A DNA stretch of 64,000 bases from Eledone cirrhosa. Taxonomy: Eukaryota. Shown here in pieces: positions 1 through 14,500 of the stretch. Below the pieces are notes generated by a model. It saw only the letters and a list, made by a program, of their open reading frames with translations. It did no database searches and had not been told where the DNA came from. Numbering within the stretch: the first letter of the stretch is position 1; every line of letters starts with the position of its first letter. The translations under genes and the position numbers were made by a program. The stretch covers positions 50,778,001 to 50,842,000 of the forward strand of contig OZ024744.1 of NCBI GenBank assembly GCA_964016885.1. The letters run 5' to 3'.

Positions 1-547
1 GTGATTTGGCTCAGCTCAGCCAATCAACGCCAGTAGAAGAGGATGTATCCCTACGCGTTCTGAGGGAGAAATAGCCTGCAAAGATTTGAAGACGCAAAAC
101 ACTTCCAGGCTAGAGGACTTCCAGGCTCGATCGTGCTAAGGTAAACAACCATTTTTCTTGCGCCGTGAAATCACTAGCCAATATGTAACACAACAATTTA
201 ACCACGGCCTGGCAACGCTTCTCTCAGCCTGTAGCCCGTGTCTTTCTGGAATCTTAATTCGTTTGTTTAATTTCTCTTGGCATGCCAGCTCAACCTCTGT
301 TAATAAATAATGTAAAACCAAGCTAAAAGTCGTTGTCGATATTCATATTATATCTTTCTACCAAACCTGGTTCCTCGTGGCAACATTACAACTTCTGAAA
401 TATACTTCTCCGCTAAATTGGAATTTACATCTTCAACCCAATTGGTGACTTATACACAACAAAGAGAAATACATAACTTTCCTTTAGTATAAACATAACA
501 TACTTAGCTACCACATCAAGACGTAAAATATCCGCGTATAGATCGTA

Positions 548-1041
548 CTATCCTTTAGTGTAAAATGTGTGGCTGTAATACAGGAAAGTTTTGTGCAATT
601 TATGTTTACAAGCCGAAATTGCCTCAGATTTTTTGTTTAAGATGTGGTCTGTGGCGTAGAGTATTTCCAGGGCCTCAGCGGCGCAGAGGTCACATGGTCT
701 TTTATTTCCGTTATACAATCTAGCCCTAGCTAGGATCTCCCAGTGTAACTTATATTGGGTGTGGTTGTCTTTTAGACTCCAGATATAAGCTGAAAGTGAC
801 GTCATATTCCTTCTTAGAGGGCAACGAAAAGAATGGGTATGCATGTAAAGACGCTGCTTGAAACTATTGGCGGTTAACCCTATGTAGGCCCTACGGGACG
901 TGGGTGTTACAACCTTACATTTGTAGACAATGTTACTAGAGAGGCATTTCCCGGATAGGGGGCAATCAACCCGATTCCTACAATTACAGTTAGTACTAAC
1001 TACAGGGTTGCACGTGTTCCTACGGCTAGGTAGTTTAGCTA
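548..1041 (-). mobile_element. Penelope-like retroelement fragment: GIY-YIG endonuclease domain, 5'-truncated at a (TA)n tract
   Basis: The C-terminal part of ORF 548..1225 reads [26 protein letters not shown]...[21 protein letters not shown]...[11 protein letters not shown]...WEIL...[11 protein letters not shown]...LNKKSE. This is a Cys-rich linker, the IVY/YIG motif pair, and the conserved R, H, E and N of PLE GIY-YIG. The N-terminal YIYI part is microsatellite. Confidence 0.9.
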
Positions 1042-1485
<444 letters not shown>

Positions 1486-2342
1486 ATATATATATATATA
1501 TATATATGAGAGAGGGGAGGAGAAAATCCTCGCTGTGGTGCCAAGTGGTTTCACCTTAAGTACTCCTATGATTTGTGGTCTCTCTAGTCTCAGTCTCTCT
1601 CTCTCTCATCATCATCATCATTTTACGTCCGCATTTCCCTGCTTATATATGACAATTTTCTACAGTTTTTGCCTACCAAATTCCATTCACACGGCTATAA
1701 TAGGTGACACTTTCCACTGTGAGAACTGAGCCCAGAACCTCATGGTTGTGAAGCAAACTACTTAACCAAACAACCATGCATAAATTGTTCTATTTGTGAA
1801 GTTGAGTGGAGTAATGAATATCTAAACTGATATTAACTAAATGTAGTTTGTATTTATTGATGGTGATTGGTGAACTGGTTCAAGTCAGCATTCTTGTGAA
1901 TCACTGCCTCAACAATTACTAGTACTACCATCGCAAAGGAAGGAAAGAATGATTAAGATACATGTATGGGTAATGCATAATGTTTTCCCTATTGAAAGTC
2001 TTCCTTAATCTTTGAGGTTTACCAGGCCAGGGCTTCTCCTGGTTGGATGGTTTGACAAAGTCTGTGACTAGAAAGGTCAGGACCCACATTTGGTTCATGT
2101 GTTTCATCTTTAGCTTGGTTTCTATGGCTGGGTACCCTCCCTAATGCTAACCACTTTCAGAGTGTACTGGGTACATTACTACTTTATATAGGTATATGTA
2201 TACACGCACGAAAATATGTTACAATTGCAAAGGGATGTGCTCTACAAGTTAGGGTGTTGGTCTCACATTCATAAGGTTGTGGGTTCATGGAAAGTGGTTC
2301 ACTGTGTTTGTGAGCAAGCTGCTTCATTTCATGTTACCTTTT

Positions 2343-2645
2343 ATGATAGGACTGTGGCCCTTATCATTAAAACACCAAAGAAATCTATGAGACACAACTG
2401 CATAGGAAGCCAGCTAAACCTATATAAGTATGAGCTGTAACAACATGATAGGACTGGTGCTCCTTTTCATTAAAACACTCAAGAAATCTATGAGACACAA
2501 CTGCATAGGAAGCCAGCTAAACCTTCATAGGTGTGAGCTGTAACAACATGATAGAACTTGGGCCTCTATCATTAAAACACCCACAAAACCTATGAGATGT
2601 AACCTTGTAAGAGGCTAGCTAAACCTACATAGATGTGAATTGTAA
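2343..2645. repeat. ~102-bp tandem repeat, 3 copies
   Basis: Units start at 2343, 2445 and 2548 and share ATGATAG...TCATTAAAACAC...CTATGAGA...AGCTAAACCT. Confidence 0.85.
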
Positions 2646-2856
2646 ATTTCATTTTTTATCTTTTATGTTACAATTTCTTGATTTTTTAAAAAAAGAAATA
2701 TCAATTTATGGCAGACATTTTTTTTTTGTTTTTTTTTTTGTATTAGTGACAACGCTGGATGGAAGTTTCATTGTTCTACATTGTGTGACATTTTTAATAT
2801 TATTCCACCACTCTTGTGTTTAAACTCTAGTTAAAAATTCCAATTTATTATGGCAG

Positions 2857-3009
2857 GAACTTATACCAGAATTCTATTACCTGCCTGAAATGTTTGTCAA
2901 CCAAAACACATTCAACTTTGGAGAACAAGACGACAACATTAAAGTGGATGATGTATGTCTTCCGCTCTGGGCACGAACACCTGATGACTTTGTCCGCATC
3001 AATAGAATG
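2857..3009 (+). CDS. NBEA: Neurobeachin/LRBA-family BEACH-domain exon A (153 bp, phase 0/0)
   Basis: ggcag acceptor and gtaaat donor. Encodes ELIPEFYYLPEMFVNQNTFNFGEQDDNIKVDDVCLPLWARTPDDFVRINRM, matching the BEACH signature ELIPEFYYLPEMF...LPPWA...FVRINRM. Confidence 0.96.
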
Positions 3010-4151
3010 GTAAATATTGTTTTGTTTTCTTCCCCTATTCCACTCTGTTGTAAATATCAACGATGGGTGATGATGAAAGCAAGTAAAATGAAATAGAAGC
3101 AAAGTAAAACAAACAAAAAATTTTGGTAAAGAGTTTTTTTACTCAAAATATTGAAATATAAGGTGAAATTGTAAATTATTGTTTTGTTTTGTTTTACTTG
3201 TTTGTTTCCAGTTTGCATTGCACTGGATTTTCTGATACAATTTTAGAAATTAAGAAACACTTAATTATTAAGGGTGAGACAGTGGTGTGGTAAAGGGATG
3301 ATAATTCAGAGTGTTATACACACATACACAATATATATATGTATTTTAATTCTGGTAATTTGACTCCCTACCCATTACTCTTGTTCTCATTTTAAATTCT
3401 GTTCCACTGGGAACAGCTTTACCTTTCATTGATCCAATATCAATAAGATAGGTACCAGATATGTCAAAGGGCAGTGGAACTCAGAGAGTCAATGGCTATC
3501 TAATTGTGTGTAATGGCTTGACAAAGCATGTTAGCCTTAGTTGACAGTCTGTCTTGGACAAGGATCACTCTGATTTCAAAACCAGAATGGATTGGATTCT
3601 TTAGTCAGCTTTGTAACAAGCTTTCAAGTGGCCAATGGCTTCATCCTTGGGATGATAGTGGATGGATTGTGGCTCTGTAGCCAACTACTGAGTAAAGGTT
3701 GGATGAGGATTTAGGACCCACCAATGTCATCTTTATCCCATTGAGAATCATGAACTTACAGCATCGTATAGATGAGCAATGGTGCAATTGTTCATGGTCC
3801 CCAACCCTCAGCAGTGAGGAAGGGAAAAAACCAACCATCCAACCACTTATGTATTAAGGGTTGACTTGATGTATTTCATCAACTACCTGTATACAAACAT
3901 GCTTGATCTTATTTGAATGACCTAGAGTTAAAAAATTGGATTTTTTTTATTAACTATTTAGCCTTTTTTTTAAGACTCAAGGTATTTAGATATAAAACTA
4001 AGAAGATATCTGTGCCATCACTTAACTTGCTAGAAAGACCAGCTAAATCTCCCTTAATCTTTTGATACCAACCTACCTGAAACTGACCCTGGTTCTTTGA
4101 TACAAAGTTGTGTATTTATCTAAAAAGTTTTATCTTCTAAACACCAACTTA

Positions 4152-4335
4152 ATAATTGTTTCTACATTAGGCACAAGGCCACCAATTACCCAGTGTATTA
4201 CTGGTACTTTATTTTATCGACCCCATAAGGATGAAAGGCAAAGTTAACCTCGGCGGGATTTGAACTCAGAATGGCAAGGGCCGTAACTCTAGGCGTCAAA
4301 GCATGGCGTCCGACCCTCTACCAATACTGCCAAAT
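4152..4335 (-). mobile_element. tRNA-derived SINE family B copy
   Basis: Reverse complement of the 5629 and 59578 copies, including CTGAGTTCAAATCCCGCCGAGGTTAACTTTGCCTTTCATCCTT..GGGGTCGATAAAATAAAGTACCAG. Confidence 0.8.
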
Positions 4336-5203
4336 GAGAAAGTTTTAGTATTACTAAATCACCTCCAAATTCTTGATTATTTTCATTAGAAATATGTTAA
4401 TGAAAAGTCTAAATTAGATCTGAAGTGGTGGCAGTGACGGCAAAGTACTTTTATCATATTTTAATTTGATTTTCCAACTAATTTGTTTTTTTTTATCCTG
4501 TTGTAATTTTGTTTTGTTTTCCTTGTTTCCTGTTTTTTTTTTATATTTATTTGTAAATTCTTAGATTTTGACATATTTTGAAGGCAGTGTTTAAATTATA
4601 TCAATATGTCTGCCATAACAACTAAGCAGTCAACCATGAAATAGATGGAGATTTTTCTAATTTCAAGGAGAGTGATCTGCCTTGCTGCTGCTGCTGCTTG
4701 TTGGAAACAGACATGGTCATGTGCTTAAGAAGTTTACTTTGCAATCACATTGTTTCAGGTTCAATCCTACAGCATAGACACCGTCATTAGTTGTTTTTTG
4801 TTTTGTTGTTTTTTTGTTGTTGTTTTTTTTGTAGCCTTATGAGTGAAATTGTGTTGAACCAGTGATTCCAAATGTGGTATCCATGTCAAACAGTGGGGGA
4901 ATTTGAATATTTTCAGAGCAATGTTTCTAAATTTTACATTTAAAATTTTACTTTAGAAGGTATTTCTATATTAAAGAATGGGGCATTAAATTTTCTGACA
5001 TGTTGTGACATACTTATCTCACTCATACTTATCTCCCATCAACTTTTAAGCAAACCACAGAGCTCTGTCATTCTCTTGTTATGATAACAATGGTGCAATA
5101 CTTTCTCTAGCAGCAACCTAGAAAATTCAGCTAGTAGTTGAAGTGTTGGTTTACAATTGAACCTATAGCAGTGGAGACTTCTAGCATCCTAGGTACCCTA
5201 GAC

Positions 5204-5516
5204 CAGTGTTACTCAAAGTGGTGGTCCGCGGACTGGTACCGGTACGCGAGCCATCAGCTACCGGTACGCGGCCAGTGTCCAGGCCATGCTAAGGAATCAT
5301 TTGAGGAATTTTTTTAGTACTCCTTTTATATGTTTTGATATTGTATTATTTGTTTACAAAATAAATAGAAGATAAAAAAATGGTCAACTAATATTATATT
5401 CATTATATATATATCGTTTCCGGTATAAATTAATATTACTACGAAATATTAGCAGTACGTGGCACATTGAAAAAAAAAATGTCGGTCCGCCACATCAGAT
5501 AGTTTGTGAAGCACTG
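5204..5516. mobile_element. Non-autonomous hAT (Charlie-like) DNA transposon
   Basis: Ends CAGTGTTACTCAAAGTG and TAGTTTGTGAAGCACTG form an imperfect TIR. The 8-bp flanks CCCTAGAC and CTCTAAAC are 6/8 identical and resemble the Charlie NTCTAGAN target. Confidence 0.8.
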
Positions 5517-5628
5517 CTCTAAACCACTTCCCTACTAACTGCTATTGAGATGGTGTTAGCCACTCACAGGAAGAAGCCTTGCAAGTTTGACTGACTCTTT
5601 CAGCATATTTCCCTCATCATTATTAGGG

Positions 5629-5815
5629 TAGGTGGATTGGCAGTATCGGTAGAGGGTCAGACGCCATGCTTTCCAGCATAGTTACGTCCCTTTACGATCT
5701 GAGTTCAAATCCCGCCAAGGTTAACTTTGCCTTTCATCCTTACGGGGTCGATAAAATAAAGTACCAGTAATTCACTGGGTAATTACTGGCCTTGTGCCTA
5801 AAGTAGAAATAATTA
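5629..5815 (+). mobile_element. tRNA-derived SINE family B copy
   Basis: A-box-like TGGCAGTATCGG, B-box-like GAGTTCAAATCC, a conserved body and an (ATT)n-type tail; more than 8 related copies in the window. Confidence 0.82.
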
Positions 5816-5983
5816 TTAGGGTAATGTGTGGCAATTAGTGGCAATTCTCTCTGCTGGGACCATGAGCCAACATCCATCTGAAGTTTTACACTTCAGAGAG
5901 ACAAAACAAGCAAAGGAATCAACATGACAACCTTTCATTGGTTAATTTGTGCTGTTATTATTTATCAAATCAGCTCATCTTAA

Positions 5984-6193
5984 CCCTTTAGCATTTAAAC
6001 TAGCTGTATCCAGCCATAATTCTCTCACCTCTTTCTGTTCAAACTGGCTGTAACTGGCCACTCATACTGATGTTAAGGTATTGTGTTCTCAAAATAAATA
6101 ATATCAAAATTTCATAGATTCGATATTATGTGAGATAAAGCCTTTACCATGAAAATACAATAGTATTTATAGAGTAATGTAAATGCTAAAGGG
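5984..6193. mobile_element. piggyBac-type MITE (family 1)
   Basis: TTAA on both sides (5980-5983, 6194-6197) and a 14-bp TIR CCCTTTAGCATTTA; second copy at 36064-36270. Confidence 0.9.
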
Positions 6194-6274
6194 TTAAGCA
6201 ACAACCCAAAAATGCAAAGAAGAAAATTCAACAGGTTTTGATTCGTTTTAAAATAGATTTTTAACAGGATCATT

Positions 6275-6582
<308 letters not shown>

Positions 6583-7173
6583 TAGCAGTTATTAGAAGGA
6601 AGGGATAGGGCGGGGGATTGGCAGTATCCTCTACAGATGTGTTGTTGTATTTCTAAAGCTGGAAAGAATATAAATGGTTTAATAGATGAATGAAATGTTA
6701 ATAGAGAAATGGAATGAGATGGTTGGATCATGTGTTAGGTAAAGATGAAAGTGACTGGGTGAGAAGATTAGATAGAATCTGTGATGGATGTTGTGAAGAG
6801 AAATAGAATGAGATGTTTGGGCCATGTGTTGAGGAAGGATTTCAGTTTTCTTCTTCATTCTTTTAATGGTGAGACATGAAGATTTTGATATCTATCCTGA
6901 AAATATCACTTTGCAAACAAACAGCCCCAGAATCAATTCCACTGCACAACTCCTGAAGCAAGTTTCTTTTAATATAGCCATGGATTGATACAAATCTTGT
7001 GAGTAAAATTTGGCAGATGGCAACTGTTTGGAAGTCCATTTTTGAACTGTGTCTGATTATTAGTGGTGGTAGATTTAATCTGTTGTCCAGATTAACACCT
7101 CTATACATATATATATACATATATATACATATACATATATATACATATATATATATATACATATATATACATA

Positions 7174-7212
<39 letters not shown>

Positions 7213-7213
<1 letters not shown>

Positions 7214-7487
7214 ACATCCAGTCCGAAACTAATGAGGTCGTGTAGGTGACACGACAAAAAAACACACAGTCCATGCTGTAATGTGGCCGTGTAGGTAACA
7301 CGGTAAAAACCTCCCAGTCCACACTGTAAATGTGGTTGGTGTTAGGAAAGGCATCCAGCCGTAGAAAACCCGCCAGACAGTCCTATACGAGCAAGACAAC
7401 CAATCTTGCCTCAAGTGGGAAAATTCCCATCCAAACCTATGCAAGCGTAGAAGATGGACGTTAAACGATGATGATGATGATGATGAT
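7213..7487 (+). mobile_element. RTE LINE 3'UTR fragment with (GAT)n tail
   Basis: Near-identical to 39251-39525, which directly follows an RTE ORF end. Confidence 0.8.
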
Positions 7488-8448
7488 TCTCACCTGGACC
7501 TCCTTTAGCAGTTTTATTGGATTAATGATCACTGATTATAATTATTCTGATACATTCTATAATGTGAGGTTAGATAACCTTCTATCTTAATGTAATAGTC
7601 CTTATATCAGTAGCCCGGGAGTCGGAAGTCATGGTTCCCCTGCTCCCAGGCACAGAGGATATGTAAAGCATCCTCTCACTAATCCAGAAGTTTCCAAACT
7701 GTATCACAGAATTAAGTCAGATCTGATCGATTTTTACCAATATTTGGCTGTGAATTATCTTGTTTAGAATATGTCACTAAACATCTTTGCCATGTTGCAG
7801 CATTGTAGAAATATCTAAGTGGTGGCGAAGGTTGAATGGTGTTGTCATATATTAAATGATTTGGTATGGGTGAGTGTAAACTGTGTAGTGAAAAATGTAG
7901 GCTTGGTAATTTTTGTAGTGTGGACAGAGCAAGATGTGTCAAAAACTAAGTTTGTCAGCTTACCAAACTGTTAAGTTGATATTATTTTATTTTGAGAGAA
8001 TGAGGCACATAACAAGGAGATGGCAGGGGTAGGGGTTACACACAGAGGTAGCCTAAGGCATTAAATACCTAGGCACCAGCTCTGCACGTGACTAGTGACA
8101 CATGATATATTTAAGTGTTTATTTATTAATTTTGTTAATTACATGTCACTAACAAATCCCAATTAATGTGTCATGAAAAACTTTGGAAAGTTCTAGCATG
8201 AGCCATATCAAAAAAATATATATATAAATAATAATAATAATGTTCTCATTGAAACATATTTTAAACTGTGCAGCCATTTGTTACTGAAACCCATCTCAAT
8301 TTTGTTACTGGTCTATGACAGTCTTGGTTGCTTAGGTAACATATGACTCATTTCCAATGAACTGATCATCATTACTTTCTTTTGCTGTTGTTGTTGTTTT
8401 GGCTTACCTATGAGGTTGCATCCCATAAGAGGTGGTCTCTTGGGTGTT

Positions 8449-8553
8449 TTAATCTTTTTGTTACCAACCCAGCCAAAACTGGCTCTGGTTCTATGTAACA
8501 AAACAACCCATTTTAAAGATTTCCTATCCAAATAAAATCCTCCAACTTAATTT
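8449..8553. mobile_element. Left half of a piggyBac-type MITE (family 2) interrupted by the satellite
   Basis: Starts at TTAA and is colinear with the first ~105 bp of the intact copy at 27344-27571 (GCTCTGGTTC.ATG.AACAAAAC.ACC.ATTTTAAA.ATTTCCTAT). Confidence 0.75.
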
Positions 8554-11500
8554 GTCCACTCTGTGAACTGGTACTGCAGGTGCCACAATAAAAGACACCC
8601 TGCTCACACTGTAAAGTGGTAATGATGGTGCCACGATAAAACATACTCAGCCTACACTGTAATGTGGTAGAGATGGTGCCACAATAAAACACACTCAGTC
8701 TACACTGTAAAGTGGTAGTGATGGTGCCACAATAAAACACACTCAGTCTACACTGTAAAGTGGTAGAGATGGTGTCACAATAAAACATAGTCAGTCTACA
8801 CTGTAAAGTGGTAGTGATAGTGCCACAATAAAACATACTCAGTCTACACTGTAAAGTGGTAGAGATGGTGTCACAATAAGACACTCAGTCTACACTGTAA
8901 AGTGGTAGTGATGGTGCCACAATAAAACATACTCAGCCTACACTGTAAAGTGGTAGTGATGGTGCCACAATAAAACACACTCAGTCTACACTGTAAAGTG
9001 GTAGAGATGGTACCACAATAAGACACTCAGTCTACACTGTAAAGTGGTAGTGATGGTGCCACAATAAGACACTCAGTCTACACTGTAAAGTGGTAGAGAT
9101 AGTGTCACAATAAGACACTCAGTCTACACTGTAAAGTAGTAGAGATGGTGTCACAATAAGACACTCAGTCTACACTGTAAAGTGTTAGTGATGGTGCCAC
9201 AATAAAACACACTCAGTCTACACTGTAAAGTGGTAGTGATGGTGCCACAATAAAACACACTCAGTCTACACTGTAAAGTGGTAGTGATGGAGCCACAATA
9301 AAACACACTCAGTCTACACTGTAAAGTGGTAGAGATGGTGTCACAATAAGACACTCAGTCTACACTGTAAAGTGGTAGTGATGGTGCCACAATAAAACAC
9401 ACTCAGTCTACACTGTAAAGTGGTAGTGATGGTTCCACAATAAAACACTCTCAGTCTACACTGTAAAGTGGTAGAGATGGTGTCACAATAAGACACTCAG
9501 TCTACACTGTAAAGTGGTAGTGACGGTGCCACAATAAAACACACTCAGTCTACACTGTAAAGTGGTAGTGATGGTGCCACAATAAAACATACTCAGTCTA
9601 CACTGTAAAGTGGTAGAGATGGTGTCACAATAAGACACTCAGTCTACACTGTAAAGTGGTAGTGATGGTGCCACAATAAAACATACTCAGTCTACACTGT
9701 AAAATGGTAGAGATGGTGTCACAATAAGACACTCAGTCTACACTGTAAAGTGGTAGTGATAGTGCCACAATAAAACACACTCAGCCTACACCGTAAAGTG
9801 GTAGTGATTGTGCCACAACAAAACACACTCAGTCTACACTGTAAAGTGGTAGTGATGGTGCCACAATAAAACACACTCAGTCTACACTGTAAAGTGGTAG
9901 TGACGGTGCCACAATAAAACACACTCAGTCTACACTGTAAAGTGGTAGTGATGATGCCACAATTAAACACACTCAGTTTACACTGTAAAGTGGTAGTGAT
10001 GGTGCCACAATAAAACACACTCAGTCTACACTGTAAAGTTGTAGTGATGGTGCCACAATAAAACACACTCCGTCTACACTGTAAAGTGGTAGTGATGGTG
10101 CCACAATAAGACACTCAGTCTACACTGTAAAGTGGTAGTGATGGTGCCACAATAAAACATACTCAGTCTACACTGTAAAGTGGTAGAGATGGTGTCAAAA
10201 TAAGACACTCAGTCTACACTGTTAAGTGGTAGTGATGGTGCCACAATAAAACACACTCAGTCTACACTGTAAAGTGGTAGTGTTGGTTCCACAATAAAAC
10301 ATACCTAGTCTACACTGTAAAGTGGTAGTGATGGTGCCACAATAAAACATACTCAGTCTACACTGTAAAGTGGTAGTGTTGGTTCCACAATAAAAAATAC
10401 TCAGTCTACACTGTAAAGTGGTAGTGATGGTGCCACAATAAAACATACTCAGTCCACACTGTAAAGTGGTAGTGATGGTGCCACAATAAAACACACTCAG
10501 TCTACACTGTAAAGTGGTAGAGATGGTGTCATAATAAAACACACTCAGTCTACACTGTAAAGTGGTAGTGATGGTGCCACAATAAGACACTCAGTCTACA
10601 CTGTAAAGTGGTAGTGATGATCCCACAATAAAACATACTGAGCCTACACTGTAAAGTGGTAGTGATGGTGTCACAATAAGACACTCAGTCTACACTGTAA
10701 AGTGGTAGTGATTGTGCCACAATAAAACACACTCAGTCTACACTGTAAAGTGGTAGTGTTGGTTCCACAATAAAACATACTCAGTCTACACTGTAAAGTG
10801 GTAGTGATGGTGCCACAATAAAACACACTCAGTCTACACTGTAAAGTGGTAGAGATTGTGCCACAATAAAACACACTCAGTCTACACTGTAAAGTGGTAG
10901 TGATGGTGCCACAATAAAACACACTCAGTCTACACTGTAAAGTGGTAGAGATGGTGCCACAATAAGACACTCAGTCTACACTGTAAAGTGGTAGTGACGG
11001 TGCCACAATAAAACACACTCAGTCTACACTGTAAAGTGGTAGTGATGGTGCCACAATAAAACATACTCAGTCTACACTGTAAAGTGGTAGTGATGGTGCC
11101 ACAATAAACCACACTCAGCCTACACTGTTAAGTGGTAGTGATGGTGCCACAATAAAACACACTCAGTTTACACTGTAAAGTGGTAGTGACGGTGTCACAA
11201 TAAGACACTCAGTCTACACTGTAAAGTGGTAGTGATGGTGCCACAATAAAACATACTCAGTCTACACTGTAAAGTGTTAGAGATGGTGTCACAATAAGAC
11301 ACTCAGTCTACACTGTAAAGTGGTAGTGATTGTGCCACAATAAAACACACTCAGTCTACACTGTAAAGTGGTAGTGTTGGTTCCACAATAAAACATACTC
11401 AGTCTACACTGTAAAGTGGTAGTGATGGTTCCACAATAAAACACACTCAGTCTACACTGTAAAGTGGTAGAGATTGTGCCACAATAAAACACACTCAGTC

Positions 11501-14500
11501 TACACTGTAAAGTGGTAGTGATGGTGCCACAATAAAACATACTCAGTCTACACTGTAAAGTGGTAGTGATGGTGCCACAATAAAACACACTCAGTCTACA
11601 CTGTAAAGTGGTAGTTATGGTGCCACAATAAAACACACTCAGTCTACACTGTAAAGTGGTAGTGATGGTGCCACAATAAAACATACTCAGTCTACACTGT
11701 AAAGTGGTAGTGATGGTGCCACAATAAAACACACTCAGTCTACACTGTAAAGTGGTAGTGATGGTGCCACAATAAAACATACTCAGTCCACTCTGTAAAG
11801 TGGTAGTGATGGTGCCACAATAAAACACACTCAGTCTACACTGTAAAGTGGTAGAGATGGTGTCATAATAAAACACACTCAGTCTACACTGTAAAGTGGT
11901 AGAGATGGTGCCACAATAAGACACTCAGTCTACACTGTAAAGTGGTAGTGATGATACCACAATAAAACACACTCAGTCTACACTGTAAAGAGGTAGTGAC
12001 GGTGCCACAATAAAACATACTCAGTCTACACTGTAAAGTGGTAGTGATGGTGCCACAATAAAACATACTCAGTCTACACTGTAAAGTGGTAGTGATGGTG
12101 CCACAATAAACCACACTCAGCCTACACTGTAAAGTGGTAGTGATGGTGCCACAATAAAACATACTCAGTCTACACTGTAAAGTGGTAGTGATGGTGACAC
12201 AATAAAACACACTCAGTCTACACTGTAAAGTGGTAGTGACGGTGTCACAATAAGACACTCAGTCTACACTGTAAAGTGGTAGTGATGGTGCAACAATAAA
12301 ACATACTCCGTCTACACTGTAAAGTGGTAGTGATGGTGCCACAATAAAACATACTCAGTCTACACTGTAAAGTGGTAGTGGTGGTGCCACAATAAAACAT
12401 ACTCAGTCTACACTGTAAAGTGGTAGTGATGGTGCCACAATAAAACACTCAGTCTACACTGTAAAGTGGTAGTGATGGTGCAACAATAAAACGCACTCAG
12501 CCTACACTGTAAAGTGGTAGAGATGGTGTCACAATAAAACATACTCAGCCTACACTGTAAAGTGGTAGAGATGGTGTCAATAAAACATACTCAGTCTACA
12601 CTGTAAAGTGGTAGTGATGTTGCCACAATAAAATACTCAGTCTACACTGTATAAGTGGTAGTGATGGTGTCACAATAAGACACTAAGTCTACACTGTAAA
12701 GTGGTAGTGATGGTGCCACAATAAAACACACTCAGTCTACACTGTAAAGTGGTAGTGTTGGTTCCACAATAAAACATACTCAGTCTACACTGTAAAGTGG
12801 TAGTGATGGTGCCACAATAAAAAATACTCAGTCTACACTGTAAAGTGGTAGTGATGGTGCCACAATAAAACATACTCAGTCCACACTGTAAAGTGGTAGT
12901 GATGGTCCCACAATAAAACACTCAGTCTACACTGTAAAGTGGTAGAGATGGTGTCATAATAAAACACACTCAGTTTACACTGTAAAGTGGTAGTGATGGT
13001 GTCACAATAAGACACTCAGTCTACACTGCAAAGTGGTAGTGATGGTGCCACAATAAGACACTCAGTCTACACTGTAAAGTGGTAGTGATGGTCCCACAAT
13101 AAAACATACTCAGCCTACACTGTAAAGTGGTAGTGATGGTGTCACAATAAGACACTCAGTCTACACTGTAAAGTGGTAGTGATGGTGCCACAATAAAACA
13201 CACTCAGTCTACACTGTAAAGTGGTAGAGATGGTGCCACAATAAGACACTCAGCCTACACCGTAAAGTGGTAGTGATTGTGCCACAACAAAACACACTCA
13301 GTCTACACAGTAAAGTGGTAGTGATGGTGCCACAATAAAACACACTCAGTCTACACTGTAAAGTGGTAGTGACGGTGCCACAATAAAACACACTCAGTCT
13401 ACACTGTAAAGTGGTAGTGATGATGCCACAATTAAACACACTCAGTTTACACTGTAAAGTGGTAGTGATGGTGCCACAATAAAACACACTCAGTCTACAC
13501 TGTAAAGTTGTAGTGATGGTGCCACAATAAAACACACTCAGTCTACACTGTAAAGTGGTAGTGATGGTGCCACAATAAGACACTCAGTCTACACTGTAAA
13601 GTGGTAGTGATGGTGCCACAATAAAACATACTCAGTCTAAACTGTAAAGTGGTAGATATGGTGTCACAATAAAACATACTCAGCCTACACTGTAAAGTGG
13701 TAGAGATGGTGTCAATAAAACATACTCAGTCTACACTGTAAAGTGGTAGTGATGTTGCCACAATAAAATACTCAGTCTACACTGTATAAGTGGTAGTGAT
13801 GGTGTCACAATAAGACACTAAGTCTACACTGTAAAGTGGTAGTGATGGTGCCACAATAAAACACACTCAGTCTACACTGTAAAGTGGTAGTGTTGGTTCC
13901 ACAATAAAACATACTCAGTCTACACTGTAAAGTGGTAGTGATGGTGCCACAATAAAAAATACTCAGTCTACACTGTAAAGTGGTAGTGATGGTGCCACAA
14001 TAAAACATACTCAGTCCACACTGTAAAGTGGTAGTGATGGTCCCACAATAAAACACTCAGTCTACACTGTAAAGTGGTAGAGATGGTGTCATAATAAAAC
14101 ACACTCAGTTTACACTGTAAAGTGGTAGTGATGGTGTCACAATAAGACACTCAGTCTACACTGCAAAGTGGTAGTGATGGTGCCACAATAAGACACTCAG
14201 TCTACACTGTAAAGTGGTAGTGATGGTCCCACAATAAAACATACTCAGCCTACACTGTAAAGTGGTAGTGATGGTGTCACAATAAGACACTCAGTCTACA
14301 CTGTAAAGTGGTAGTGATGGTGCCACAATAAAACACACTCAGTCTACACTGTAAAGTGGTAGAGATGGTGCCACAATAAGACACTCAGCCTACACCGTAA
14401 AGTGGTAGTGATTGTGCCACAACAAAACACACTCAGTCTACACAGTAAAGTGGTAGTGATGGTGCCACAATAAAACACACTCAGTCTACACTGTAAAGTG